This document shows positions 9,519-17,908 of a stretch of 64,000 bases of DNA, in pieces; the stretch's first letter is position 1, and each line of letters begins with the position of its first letter. A program made the position numbers and the translations under genes. Origin of the DNA: Planctomycetota bacterium (lineage in GTDB: Bacteria > Planctomycetota > UBA11346); assembly GCA_038231435.1 (NCBI GenBank), contig JBBRLJ010000030.1, positions 1-64,000 of the forward strand, read 5' to 3'. The notes below the pieces were generated by a model. The model saw only the letters and a list, made by a program, of their open reading frames with translations. It was not told the origin of the DNA and did not search any database.

Positions 9519-9584
9519 CCGGCCCGGATCAACGGACCACTCGCCCATGGTGAGCGACAGCTCTCCACTCCTCCCTGCTCCCCG

Positions 9585-9680
9585 ATTCCGGGGGGGCAGC
9601 GCGGAGCGCGTTGTGGGGGGAGCCGCGCTGCGGCTTCGGATGCCCTTCGGGGCATCCGCCGGCCGAAGGCCGTAGCCCCC
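9585..9680. repeat. REP/MITE-like palindromic element, copy 1
   Basis: TTCCGGGGGGGCAG...GGCCGTAGCCCCC ends shared with 29454-29506 and 31616-31693; internal perfect hairpin CGGATGCCC-TTCG-GGGCATCCG at 9637-9658. Confidence 0.6.
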
Positions 9681-10565
9681 ATGCAGAAAGCCAGGGACTT
9701 CCTCACCTACTGCCGCCTCGAACTCGGCCTCTCCGCCAATACCCTGAAGGCGTACGAGAACGATCTCGCCAAGGCCAACGAGGGCTTCGCCGCGCTGGGG
9801 ATCGCATTCGCCGACGCTGGTCCGGACGAGGTCGCGCGCCTGCTGGGCTGGCTGCGCGACGAGCGCGCGCAGGCGCCGGCCTCGCTGGTCCGGCTGCTGG
9901 TCGCGCTGCGCATGTACGCGCGCTACCTGGTGATGGAGAAAGTACTGCCGCGCGATCGCATCCAGCTCGCGCGCATGCCGCACCTGTGGAACAACCTGCC
10001 TGGGGTGCTCAGCGTCGACGAGGTCGAGCGCCTGCTGCAGGGTCCGCCCGAGGGCCCGATGCGCCTGCGCGACCGTCTCGCCTTGGAACTGCTCTACGCC
10101 TGTGGTGGACGCGCCAGCGAGGTGGTGGGGATCGGCCTCGCGGATCTGCGCGAGCACGCGTCGCTGGTGAAGCTCCATGGCAAGGGCAACAAGGAGCGCA
10201 TGGTGCCGCTGGGGGACAAATCCCGGGCGGCACTGCGCCGGTATCTCGACGGGCTCAGACCCAGCCTCGACCCGGAGCGCAAGCAGGAGTGCCTGCTGCT
10301 ATCGGCCAAGGGCCAGCCGATGTCCCGTCAGGCGCTGTGGCGAGTGGTGCGCGACGCAGGGGTCTCCGCTGGCCTTGGCAAGCCGGTCTACACCCACCTG
10401 CTCAGGCACAGCTTCGCCACCCACCTGCTCGAGAACGGCGCTGACCTGCGCGCGGTGCAGGATCTGCTCGGGCATGCCAACCTGACCACCACCCAGCGTT
10501 ACACCCACGTCGACGCGAAACGATTGATCGATCTGCACCGTAAATTCCATCCGCGCTCAAAGTAA
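9681..10565 (+). CDS. xerD: Tyrosine recombinase XerD
   Basis: GLSANTLKAYENDL, LELLYACGGRASE, GKGNKERMVP, HLLRHSFATHLL, VQDLLGHANLTTTQRYTHV, C-terminal FHPR. Confidence 0.88.
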   Translation: MQKARDFLTYCRLELGLSANTLKAYENDLAKANEGFAALGIAFADAGPDEVARLLGWLRDERAQAPASLVRLLVALRMYARYLVMEKVLPRDRIQLARMPHLWNNLPGVLSVDEVERLLQGPPEGPMRLRDRLALELLYACGGRASEVVGIGLADLREHASLVKLHGKGNKERMVPLGDKSRAALRRYLDGLRPSLDPERKQECLLLSAKGQPMSRQALWRVVRDAGVSAGLGKPVYTHLLRHSFATHLLENGADLRAVQDLLGHANLTTTQRYTHVDAKRLIDLHRKFHPRSK

Positions 10566-10697
10566 CATTATCCTCATGTCCGAGCGACTGGCACCGCGAT
10601 CGTCCTGCCTAGGCTTGGGGTAACGGGATTGCGGGACCTCGACTTCGTGGGGTACACTCCTTGACGCCATGCCATCGCCAGATGGGAAGGGTTCGCA

Positions 10698-11546
10698 GTG
10701 CCTGATCAGACCGCCGATACATTGGCCCTGGAAGTCCTCCAGGCGAATGTCCAACTCCTCGCCGAACGCGAGCAGCTGGAAACGGAGCGGCGTCGCCTGC
10801 TTGAGATCGATCGCCTCAAGACCGAATTCCTGGCGCGCGTCAGCCACGATCTGCGCACGCCCCTGAACAGCATCATCGGCTTCTCGGAGCTGATCATCAA
10901 CGGCGTCGGCGGGAAGATGAACCGCAAGCACGCCGAGTTCATCGCCGCGATCAACCGCAACGGCCATGCGCTGCTCGGCCTGATCAACGATCTGCTCGAC
11001 CTGTCGACCATCGATTCGCGGCAGATGACGCTGAAAGCGGCGACGGTGCCGCTGCAGACCATCCTCGACGACCTCCGCGCCGCCACCGAGCCGGTGCTCG
11101 CGACGGCGAACCTGACACCGCTCTGGCCCGAGCCGGCCGATCTGCTGGGCAAGAACGCCTGGGTCGATCGCCGCCGCGTCGCCCAGGTGCTGGTCAACCT
11201 GGTCGACAACGCGCGCAAGTTCACGCCGGCCGGTGGCCGAGTGCACGTGGCCATGGACGCCGATGAGCAGAGCGCAATCTTCACCGTGAAGGACACCGGC
11301 CCCGGCATCCCGATGGAGGAGCGCGAACGCATCTTCAGGCCGTATTATCAGCGCGCGCAGAACTCGTACGGCCGTGGCGACGGAGTGGGCCTGGGCCTGG
11401 TGATCGTCAAGGCGATCGTCGATCTGCACAAAGGCCGCATCTCCATCGACAGCGATTCCGGCAGGGGCTGCATGTTCCAGGTCGTGGTCCCGCAGAAGGA
11501 CGTGGATCTGGCCGCGATGCCGATGCATCAAGGCTCCGCTCCGTGA
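10698..11546 (+). CDS. Cytoplasmic histidine kinase (HisKA + HATPase_c, no sensor domain)
   Basis: SHDLRTPLN H-box, NLVDNARKFT N-box, DTGPGI, GVGLGL. Confidence 0.9.
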   Translation: MPDQTADTLALEVLQANVQLLAEREQLETERRRLLEIDRLKTEFLARVSHDLRTPLNSIIGFSELIINGVGGKMNRKHAEFIAAINRNGHALLGLINDLLDLSTIDSRQMTLKAATVPLQTILDDLRAATEPVLATANLTPLWPEPADLLGKNAWVDRRRVAQVLVNLVDNARKFTPAGGRVHVAMDADEQSAIFTVKDTGPGIPMEERERIFRPYYQRAQNSYGRGDGVGLGLVIVKAIVDLHKGRISIDSDSGRGCMFQVVVPQKDVDLAAMPMHQGSAP

Positions 11547-12445
11547 CGCCTCAGGTGCGCCAGCGCATCCTCGTGATCGAGGATATGGCAACGCTGCGCG
11601 CACACATCGTCGAGACGCTCGCTGATCTCGGATCCGATCTCATCATCCACACCGCAGGCGACGGGCGCGAGGCGATCGAGCTGGTCGATGCCGCCGAGAC
11701 GCCGTACCATCTCATCGTCTGCGACATCATCATGCCGCGCATGGATGGCGAGGGCGTGCTCGAGGAGCTGCGTCGCCGTTCATACCCCGCCGCGGTGATC
11801 ATGCTCACCGCGCTCGGCCAGGATGACATGATCGTCCGCTGCCTGCGTCTCGGCGCCTGCGACTACCTGATCAAACCGGTTGGCATCGACGAACTGCTGG
11901 TCGCGGCTGGAAACGCCCTCCACCACATGCCGCTGCTGAGCCGCCATGTCGAGGTCGAGTACGACCCGCACGGCTGGTTCGAGATCACCGGCCAGAGCGA
12001 CGCCTCGGTGCTGTACAAATACCGCAAGTTCCTCCTCCTGCTCGACAAGTTCAAGCTGCCCGAACCGGCGGCGAGCGAAGTCAGGCTGGCTCTCGAGGAG
12101 CTCGGACGCAACGCCATCGAATGGGGCAACAAGGGCGACCAGGCGAAGAAGGTGAAGTTCGGCGCGCGCATCCTGCCCGGCAAGATCATCGTCTACATCG
12201 AGGACGAGGGCGAGGGCTTCAAGCCCGACGGCGTGCCCAACCCGAGCCTCGACCCCATGGCCCACATCGAGACGCGCAAGCTCACCGGCAAGCGCATGGG
12301 CGGTTACGGCATCCACCTGATCCGCCATCTGATGGACAAGCTCATCTACAATGCCAAGGGCAATCGCGTGGTGGCCATCAAGTACCTCGATCGCGATCGC
12401 GCCGAGAATCCGACCGCGGGCACCGCCTCGTCCGACTCCGCCTGA
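11543..12445 (+). CDS. Response regulator receiver fused to an RsbW-like anti-sigma/Ser kinase domain (HATPase_c_2)
   Basis: Receiver VIED / CDIIMP / LIKP; C-terminal LEELGRNAIEWGN, IEDEGEGF, GGYGIHLIRHLMD. GTGA overlap with the kinase gene. Confidence 0.88.
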   Translation: MTPQVRQRILVIEDMATLRAHIVETLADLGSDLIIHTAGDGREAIELVDAAETPYHLIVCDIIMPRMDGEGVLEELRRRSYPAAVIMLTALGQDDMIVRCLRLGACDYLIKPVGIDELLVAAGNALHHMPLLSRHVEVEYDPHGWFEITGQSDASVLYKYRKFLLLLDKFKLPEPAASEVRLALEELGRNAIEWGNKGDQAKKVKFGARILPGKIIVYIEDEGEGFKPDGVPNPSLDPMAHIETRKLTGKRMGGYGIHLIRHLMDKLIYNAKGNRVVAIKYLDRDRAENPTAGTASSDSA

Positions 12446-12570
12446 CCGATCGCCGCTGGCGTGCTCCTGCGGATGCCTCTCCGCAGGAAGAAAATCCATC
12501 TTCGCACGAGCCGTCTCGATTCACGGCAGCGCCCCCGTGGTACGATGCAGGCATGCCGACGGAGGGTTCC

Positions 12571-13377
12571 ATGCTGACGCTGCCGATCTCGCCTACCAAC
12601 GCCACGTCCACGGAAGGGTGTCCTGTCGCCCACGGGGTGGACGCCCAGGAGCTGGCGGCGTACCGCGCGAAGGGCTGGCTGCTCAAGCGCGGGCTCTTCG
12701 CACCGGGCTATATCGCGCAGCTCTCCGACGAGATCGACGGCCTGCACGAGAAGATGGCGACCAGCCCGCCCGACTACGTCCACCTGTCTTGGGAAGAAGG
12801 TTTGCCGGCCGATCGGCCGCAGCGCATCCGCCAGCTCATGAACAGCGAGCGGGTGTCCCCGATCCTCGACGCGATGTCGCGCTCGGACGAGATCCTCGCG
12901 GTGATGCGCGCATTGATCGGCGAGGATCTCTACCTCTTCCACTCCAAGCTGATGATGAAGGCCGCCAAGGACGGCACCTTCACCCCCTGGCACCAGGATT
13001 GGGGCTATTGGCAGTACGGCTGCATCGACCCCAGCCAGGTCAATTGCATGCTCGCCATCGACGCGGCCGACGAGGAGAACGGCGCCATCCGCTTCGTCGA
13101 CGGCACCCATCTCCAGGGCCCCGTGCCCCACGACCGCTTTCAAAGCGCCTCGTTCGGCATCGGCCTGCATGGTGGCTTGGACAAGTTCCCCGATGCGACC
13201 CTGATCGAGATGCAGCCGGGAGACGCGATCTTCTTCGGCCCGCTGGTCATCCACGGGTCCGGACCCAACGCCTCGGCGCGCGACCGCCGCGCCAACACCT
13301 TCGCCTACGACAAGGCGGCCAACCAGAAGGAAGGCGTGCTGCCCGAGCACATGCACCGGGCCGGCCGGCGGGGCTGA
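12571..13377 (+). CDS. Phytanoyl-CoA dioxygenase (PhyH) family Fe(II)/2-oxoglutarate oxygenase
   Basis: PWHQD, AIDAADEENG, GDAIFF...IHGSGPN....RRA; RBS GGAGGG before ATG 12571 (ATG 12553 is an alternative). Confidence 0.88.
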   Translation: MLTLPISPTNATSTEGCPVAHGVDAQELAAYRAKGWLLKRGLFAPGYIAQLSDEIDGLHEKMATSPPDYVHLSWEEGLPADRPQRIRQLMNSERVSPILDAMSRSDEILAVMRALIGEDLYLFHSKLMMKAAKDGTFTPWHQDWGYWQYGCIDPSQVNCMLAIDAADEENGAIRFVDGTHLQGPVPHDRFQSASFGIGLHGGLDKFPDATLIEMQPGDAIFFGPLVIHGSGPNASARDRRANTFAYDKAANQKEGVLPEHMHRAGRRG

Positions 13378-13399
13378 ACCCGCCCCATCCGAGCTTCGC

Positions 13400-13434
13400 G
13401 AGACAGGCCGCTCCCAAGCGGCCTGTCTCCGTTT
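13400..13434 (+). terminator. Putative intrinsic terminator hairpin after the PhyH gene
   Basis: Perfect 13-bp stem GAGACAGGCCGCT-CCCA-AGCGGCCTGTCTC; weak T tail (CGTTT). Confidence 0.55.
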
Positions 13435-13657
13435 CATGGCGCGATCGCGCCGAGACGACGCTCCATGGGTGATCGGGGTCGATCATATCCCGCAGCCGAG
13501 TAAGAGGTCATACCTGGCTTCTGGGTAGGCCCACAGGGCGCATCGCCGCCGCGCGTCCTAGGCTCAATCATGCGGTGGGGTTAAGCGGGATTCGCCATGC
13601 GTCTCGCTCACACGCTCGGACTCGCGCCGTGGCGCGCGGGGTTGTTGCCGATGACTA

Positions 13658-13691
13658 TATTGATAAATCGCCTTATTAATACGTTTCAATA
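13658..13691. promoter_or_regulatory. AT-rich imperfect palindrome upstream of the pilin cassette (candidate operator)
   Basis: TATTGATAA-ATCGCC-TTATTAATA (8/9 inverted match) in an otherwise GC-rich window, 52 nt before the first start codon. Confidence 0.45.
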
Positions 13692-13733
13692 GTGTCCGGT
13701 TGGCCGCCGGAGGCACGTCTGAGCGAGGAGCCC

Positions 13734-14489
13734 ATGCGCATTCCACACCTCATCTTCGCGCCCACTGTCCAAGCGCCGGCCGCCGGGCGGGCTGCATTCA
13801 CCGCCATCGAGCTGCTGGTAGTGATCGGGATGATGATGGCGGTGATGGCGATGGCGACGCCGCCGGTGATCGGCGCCATGCGCCGCGGCGCGGTGCAGTC
13901 GGCGGCCAGCGATCTCGAGAGCTGCTGGCGCCAGGCGCGCGCGTTGGCGATGTCTCATCCGCTCCCTGAGGAAGATGAAGCGGACGCTCCGGCGAAGCAC
14001 TACGGCATCGTCATGGTGCAGCGGACCTCGGGAACCGCGTACGCCGCGGTGATCTTCGACAACCGGGCGGCCCAGGAGATCTCCGCCGACCCCGAGCACG
14101 CGGTGCTGCGCCGCGACCGCGACGCGGCCAGCGATTCCGATGCGGCGAATCCGCCAGTCGCCAAGATGATATTCAACCGCGGAGTCCGCCTGGCGAGCGC
14201 GAGCAACGGCGAGGCCCCCGATACGGGTGAGCGCGTCCTGGTGGTGTATGCGCAATACCGGTCTGGCGTGCCGATCGATGCGAGCGATGTCGCCTCGGGA
14301 CACGGGTCCACGGCCCCACCCATCGGCCTCGGGCTTCCGGGGCGCGCCGAGCTCGGCATTCCAGGCAGTCCAGTCTCCACCGAGCTGCGCCTGCAGACGC
14401 CGGACTACCAGACAGCGATCCGGCACCGCGGGTATGCCGTCGGCGTGGCCCTCTACCCAGTCGGCTTGGTGGCCGCCCAAGCGCTGTGA
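13734..14489 (+). CDS. Prepilin-type N-terminal cleavage protein (FimU/GspH-like)
   Basis: RAA|FTAIELLVVIGMM class III signal with Glu5; helix ...WRQARALAM; RBS GAGGAG. Confidence 0.8.
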   Translation: MRIPHLIFAPTVQAPAAGRAAFTAIELLVVIGMMMAVMAMATPPVIGAMRRGAVQSAASDLESCWRQARALAMSHPLPEEDEADAPAKHYGIVMVQRTSGTAYAAVIFDNRAAQEISADPEHAVLRRDRDAASDSDAANPPVAKMIFNRGVRLASASNGEAPDTGERVLVVYAQYRSGVPIDASDVASGHGSTAPPIGLGLPGRAELGIPGSPVSTELRLQTPDYQTAIRHRGYAVGVALYPVGLVAAQAL

Positions 14490-17400
14490 TGACGATGCGG
14501 ATGCCGACACGGATGTCGACTCCGCGGCCATCGCACGCGACGGGCTCCATCGCCTTCACACTGTTCGAGGTGGTGATCAGCATGTTGGTGCTGAGCGTCG
14601 CAACGTTGGCTACGCTGGCGATGCTGCCGATCGGCATCAGAGCGCAGCAGATGGGGCGCAGCCAGCTGTACGCCAGCTCGACGGCGCTATCGCTGATGGA
14701 CAGCTTTCACAATCCGATGATCACTTTCGATGGCCATGGGCGCCTGGTCCCGGAGCTCGAGCACAACGCCAAGGCGTCGACTCCGGACCAGCCGCCGGTG
14801 CCCGGATGGGCGCACCGCCTGCGCGAGGCGAATCTCTTCGGCGCCACCTATGCCCACGATCTCGAGCGGCATCTGTCGGGTTGGATCACCGGTGTGATGC
14901 CCGTGCCGCTGGAGATCAGCCGTCGTCTCGATAGCGACAACGACGAGATCCAGAAGTTGCTCGATCAAGGCGCCTTCCTGTATTACGTCGATCCCGGATA
15001 CGTTCGCGGGCTGACGGTGGCTTCGGCACGCGACAAGGCGCCGGTGCTGAATCCGCCGCCGGAAGCCCAGAAGCTGGTATTCGCGGTCAACGGCTTCGCG
15101 CAAGAGAACGCCATGACCAGCCATCCCTACGAGAGTTGGCCATGGTACGAGCTCTATCCGTTCCCGCCGGCGTGGGTGGCGATGCGCGCGCACGGGCGGG
15201 AATACCGCCGTGGTCCAGTGAGCTACGTCAAGAAGGTCGATCCGGTCACTGGCGAGGACATCTTCGATTATGTCGGCACGGATGGCCTGCGTTATCCGAT
15301 CATGAATCCCCGCGAGGGACGCAACATGAGTGGCGGGCGGACGCGCTCGGTGAACGACTGGTCGGCACCTCCGGGCTCGGGCGACACGCGGCGCATCTAC
15401 TCGCGCGGCGGCCTGCTTTTCGGCGATGGCGGACACGCGAATTGGGACCCGGTGTGGTTCGATCCCGCGCCGAGCAACTACAAGCAGCTGGTGGCGCCGA
15501 ACTCAACCATTGGACCGGCGACGCCAACGGATCAGACCCTGAGCAGGATCGATCCCCGTGATCCAGTCGAAGACCCCGACCCTGCCAAGACCGGCTCGAC
15601 CGGCTGGTACCAGGGAAGGAATTGGCGCTACTTCCACGAGAAGTTCCAGAATGGCACGCCGTGGGACACCGGCTGGATCTCGTTCCAGCGCCTGGCGGGA
15701 TTCAACTCCGACGTCGGCGCCGATCTCACTCAGGCCCAGTACGCGCGGCTCGATACCAGCAACGAGCACGTCCATTACGAGCGCGCGGGATGGCTACCCG
15801 TGCTCGCGACGCTGCTCAACCGCGAGGATCCGTGGTGGGACGCCTGGTTCTTCAATCCGGTGCGAGATCCGATCACCGGCCGATTCTCCTATCCCAACGG
15901 TGGCGCTCCCGGCAACGAGCACGACGTCGGCACCGGCGTGATCCCGCCCCGGCCTCCGTGGTGGGGCAATGCGTACTACCTCACCGACACCGAGCAGCCG
16001 TGGGCCGGAATCGATCAGGGGATCGTCGGAGCTCCCGCGAGCATGCCGCCACCTCCGACGTACGAGATGCGCGCCAGCTATCGCGACCGCGCCATCGCGC
16101 TGTGGAACGACGTCACCGCCAGTCTGCCCTTCGACCATTGCCAGCGCCGTCCGTGTGCCGGATACACACCGGACGTTTGGGACACCCAGCACGATTGCGA
16201 CGTCTACGAGTACGGACCGCAGGAGCTGGATCGCTTCCCCATGGTCGATCCCGCCGACCTTCCGGGCACGCCACATCCGGCCCAGGTGTTGGCGCTGAGC
16301 TACCTGGCGCACGCATCGATGATGATGACCGGATGGGATGTGCCGTTCGTGAGTTGGTCCGTCGCTGGACGGCTGGATTGGGATATCCTGACTTGGCGAT
16401 ACCGCGAGGGCGGTTCGAGTCCTACGCGCGACCCCGGCAGCAACCAGCTGGTGTGGGGGGACGTCACCGGCGCTACGACGGCGAGCAAAGACGCGAAGAT
16501 CGTGGCGCCGGGCACACTGGCGAGCGCCGGGTCCAGCTCCGTGCAGGTGAGGAACGACACCTCGCGCGACATGATCTTCTTCGCCGGCGACATCATCTGC
16601 TTCGAGTCCGACTATCGCGACTGGTACCGCCGCTCCGAGCCGAATCCCGATGCGCAGACCGCGCGCCACGGTCATACCATCGACCATTCCGGTTTCATGG
16701 GCGCGCCCGGCGACCGCATGCTCGCCAGCTGCCGGCGCTATCGCGTGAGAGACGATGTGCATGTCGGCCCCGATGCGACCGGTACCCTGAACGTGGACCC
16801 GCCGTTGGTCACCGACATCGCCGATACCGTGAAGAGCTGGCCCGACTCGTGGGCGAATCCCAAGGCCAATCCACCGATCCCCATCGACACGCCGCATCCC
16901 CAGCAGCTGATCAGGGTATGCAACGAGCACGATCGCGCGTTCGCGCGCAAGGTGCACGAGATGTGCATGCGCTGGGCGGCGCGTTACTGCGCCGACAATC
17001 CCTACGACTGGGGCGCTCCGCGCATGATGAACCACCAGGTGATGAACGACAAGCCGCTCGCGCTCCTGGACCTGTTCGAGGACGCGGCGAGGGGGGCGGT
17101 GTCGGACGGGGTTGCGCAGCGCGTGCCCCAGAATCTGCCGACCAGCCTGGGCACCTCCTCTGCCGAGTCATTCTACCGCTGGCTCACTCCTCCCAACCAG
17201 GCCGCCCGCTCGTGGTTCCTCGACCACCACATCTCCCCCGGCGGACCTGCCTGCGATATCAGCCATCACGGACCGGCGAAGGCTCCTGAAGCGGCGTGGA
17301 GCAGCCTGGTCTACAATCCACAGCTCGCGCCGCCGTCGACTCCCGGCGCATCGTCCACCGGGGAGTGGAATTTCACCAGCGACGCGAAGCGCTATTGGCT

Positions 17401-17908
17401 GAACCGTCGCTTCGAACCATTCCATCGCGGGCGCGAGCTGGTGTTCTGGTCGGTGGACTGGAAATCATACGAGGATGCCGAATCCGCGCCGAGCGCTCCT
17501 CTGGATTTCGCCAAGCACGCGCGCTCGATCGGCCTGAAGCCAGACCTGGTCACTCCGGCGTCGTTGCTGCCGATGCGCCAGCCGCCCTCGCCGTTCATGG
17601 CGCCGTGGGACTACGTGCTGCAGCGCAATGACAGTCAATACGCCGGCAATCCCGAGAGCGGAATGGTGTGGCTCGATGGCGAACGGCATCAGCGCTTCAT
17701 CGACAACACCGTGAACAGCTGGTACAAGTTCTACTGGTCGTACGCGGTCGCCGGATCGGACATCGTGCTCGGCCATTGGGGCGCCGACCGCAACGGCAAC
17801 CGCAACTTCGATGTCGGCCCGGTTCCGGCGTCGACGCGCATGCGCGCGCTGGTGGTCGCGCGTTTCAACATCTACGACCCGGTGCTGAGGCTCAATGTCA
17901 ACAATTGA
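14486..17908 (+). CDS. Giant prepilin-type protein (PilV/GspI-like N-terminus), 1140 aa
   Basis: IA|FTLFEVVISMLVLSVATLATLAMLPIGIR signal; uninterrupted ORF overlapping both neighbours. Confidence 0.8.
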   Translation: MMTMRMPTRMSTPRPSHATGSIAFTLFEVVISMLVLSVATLATLAMLPIGIRAQQMGRSQLYASSTALSLMDSFHNPMITFDGHGRLVPELEHNAKASTPDQPPVPGWAHRLREANLFGATYAHDLERHLSGWITGVMPVPLEISRRLDSDNDEIQKLLDQGAFLYYVDPGYVRGLTVASARDKAPVLNPPPEAQKLVFAVNGFAQENAMTSHPYESWPWYELYPFPPAWVAMRAHGREYRRGPVSYVKKVDPVTGEDIFDYVGTDGLRYPIMNPREGRNMSGGRTRSVNDWSAPPGSGDTRRIYSRGGLLFGDGGHANWDPVWFDPAPSNYKQLVAPNSTIGPATPTDQTLSRIDPRDPVEDPDPAKTGSTGWYQGRNWRYFHEKFQNGTPWDTGWISFQRLAGFNSDVGADLTQAQYARLDTSNEHVHYERAGWLPVLATLLNREDPWWDAWFFNPVRDPITGRFSYPNGGAPGNEHDVGTGVIPPRPPWWGNAYYLTDTEQPWAGIDQGIVGAPASMPPPPTYEMRASYRDRAIALWNDVTASLPFDHCQRRPCAGYTPDVWDTQHDCDVYEYGPQELDRFPMVDPADLPGTPHPAQVLALSYLAHASMMMTGWDVPFVSWSVAGRLDWDILTWRYREGGSSPTRDPGSNQLVWGDVTGATTASKDAKIVAPGTLASAGSSSVQVRNDTSRDMIFFAGDIICFESDYRDWYRRSEPNPDAQTARHGHTIDHSGFMGAPGDRMLASCRRYRVRDDVHVGPDATGTLNVDPPLVTDIADTVKSWPDSWANPKANPPIPIDTPHPQQLIRVCNEHDRAFARKVHEMCMRWAARYCADNPYDWGAPRMMNHQVMNDKPLALLDLFEDAARGAVSDGVAQRVPQNLPTSLGTSSAESFYRWLTPPNQAARSWFLDHHISPGGPACDISHHGPAKAPEAAWSSLVYNPQLAPPSTPGASSTGEWNFTSDAKRYWLNRRFEPFHRGRELVFWSVDWKSYEDAESAPSAPLDFAKHARSIGLKPDLVTPASLLPMRQPPSPFMAPWDYVLQRNDSQYAGNPESGMVWLDGERHQRFIDNTVNSWYKFYWSYAVAGSDIVLGHWGADRNGNRNFDVGPVPASTRMRALVVARFNIYDPVLRLNVNN

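Noticed and set aside
9681..10565. Prophage or island integrase
   Set aside because: Length and motifs fit housekeeping XerD; no phage genes, att repeats or tRNA nearby.
10559..10586. dif site at the xerD stop (minus strand ...TAATGTTACTT)
   Set aside because: Only a XerD-like half (8/11) matches; the XerC arm at 6-bp spacing does not, and part of the sequence is coding.
13630..13648. Sigma-54 promoter for the pilin cassette (TGGCGCG...TTGC)
   Set aside because: GG-to-GC spacing is 14 rather than the required 10 nt.
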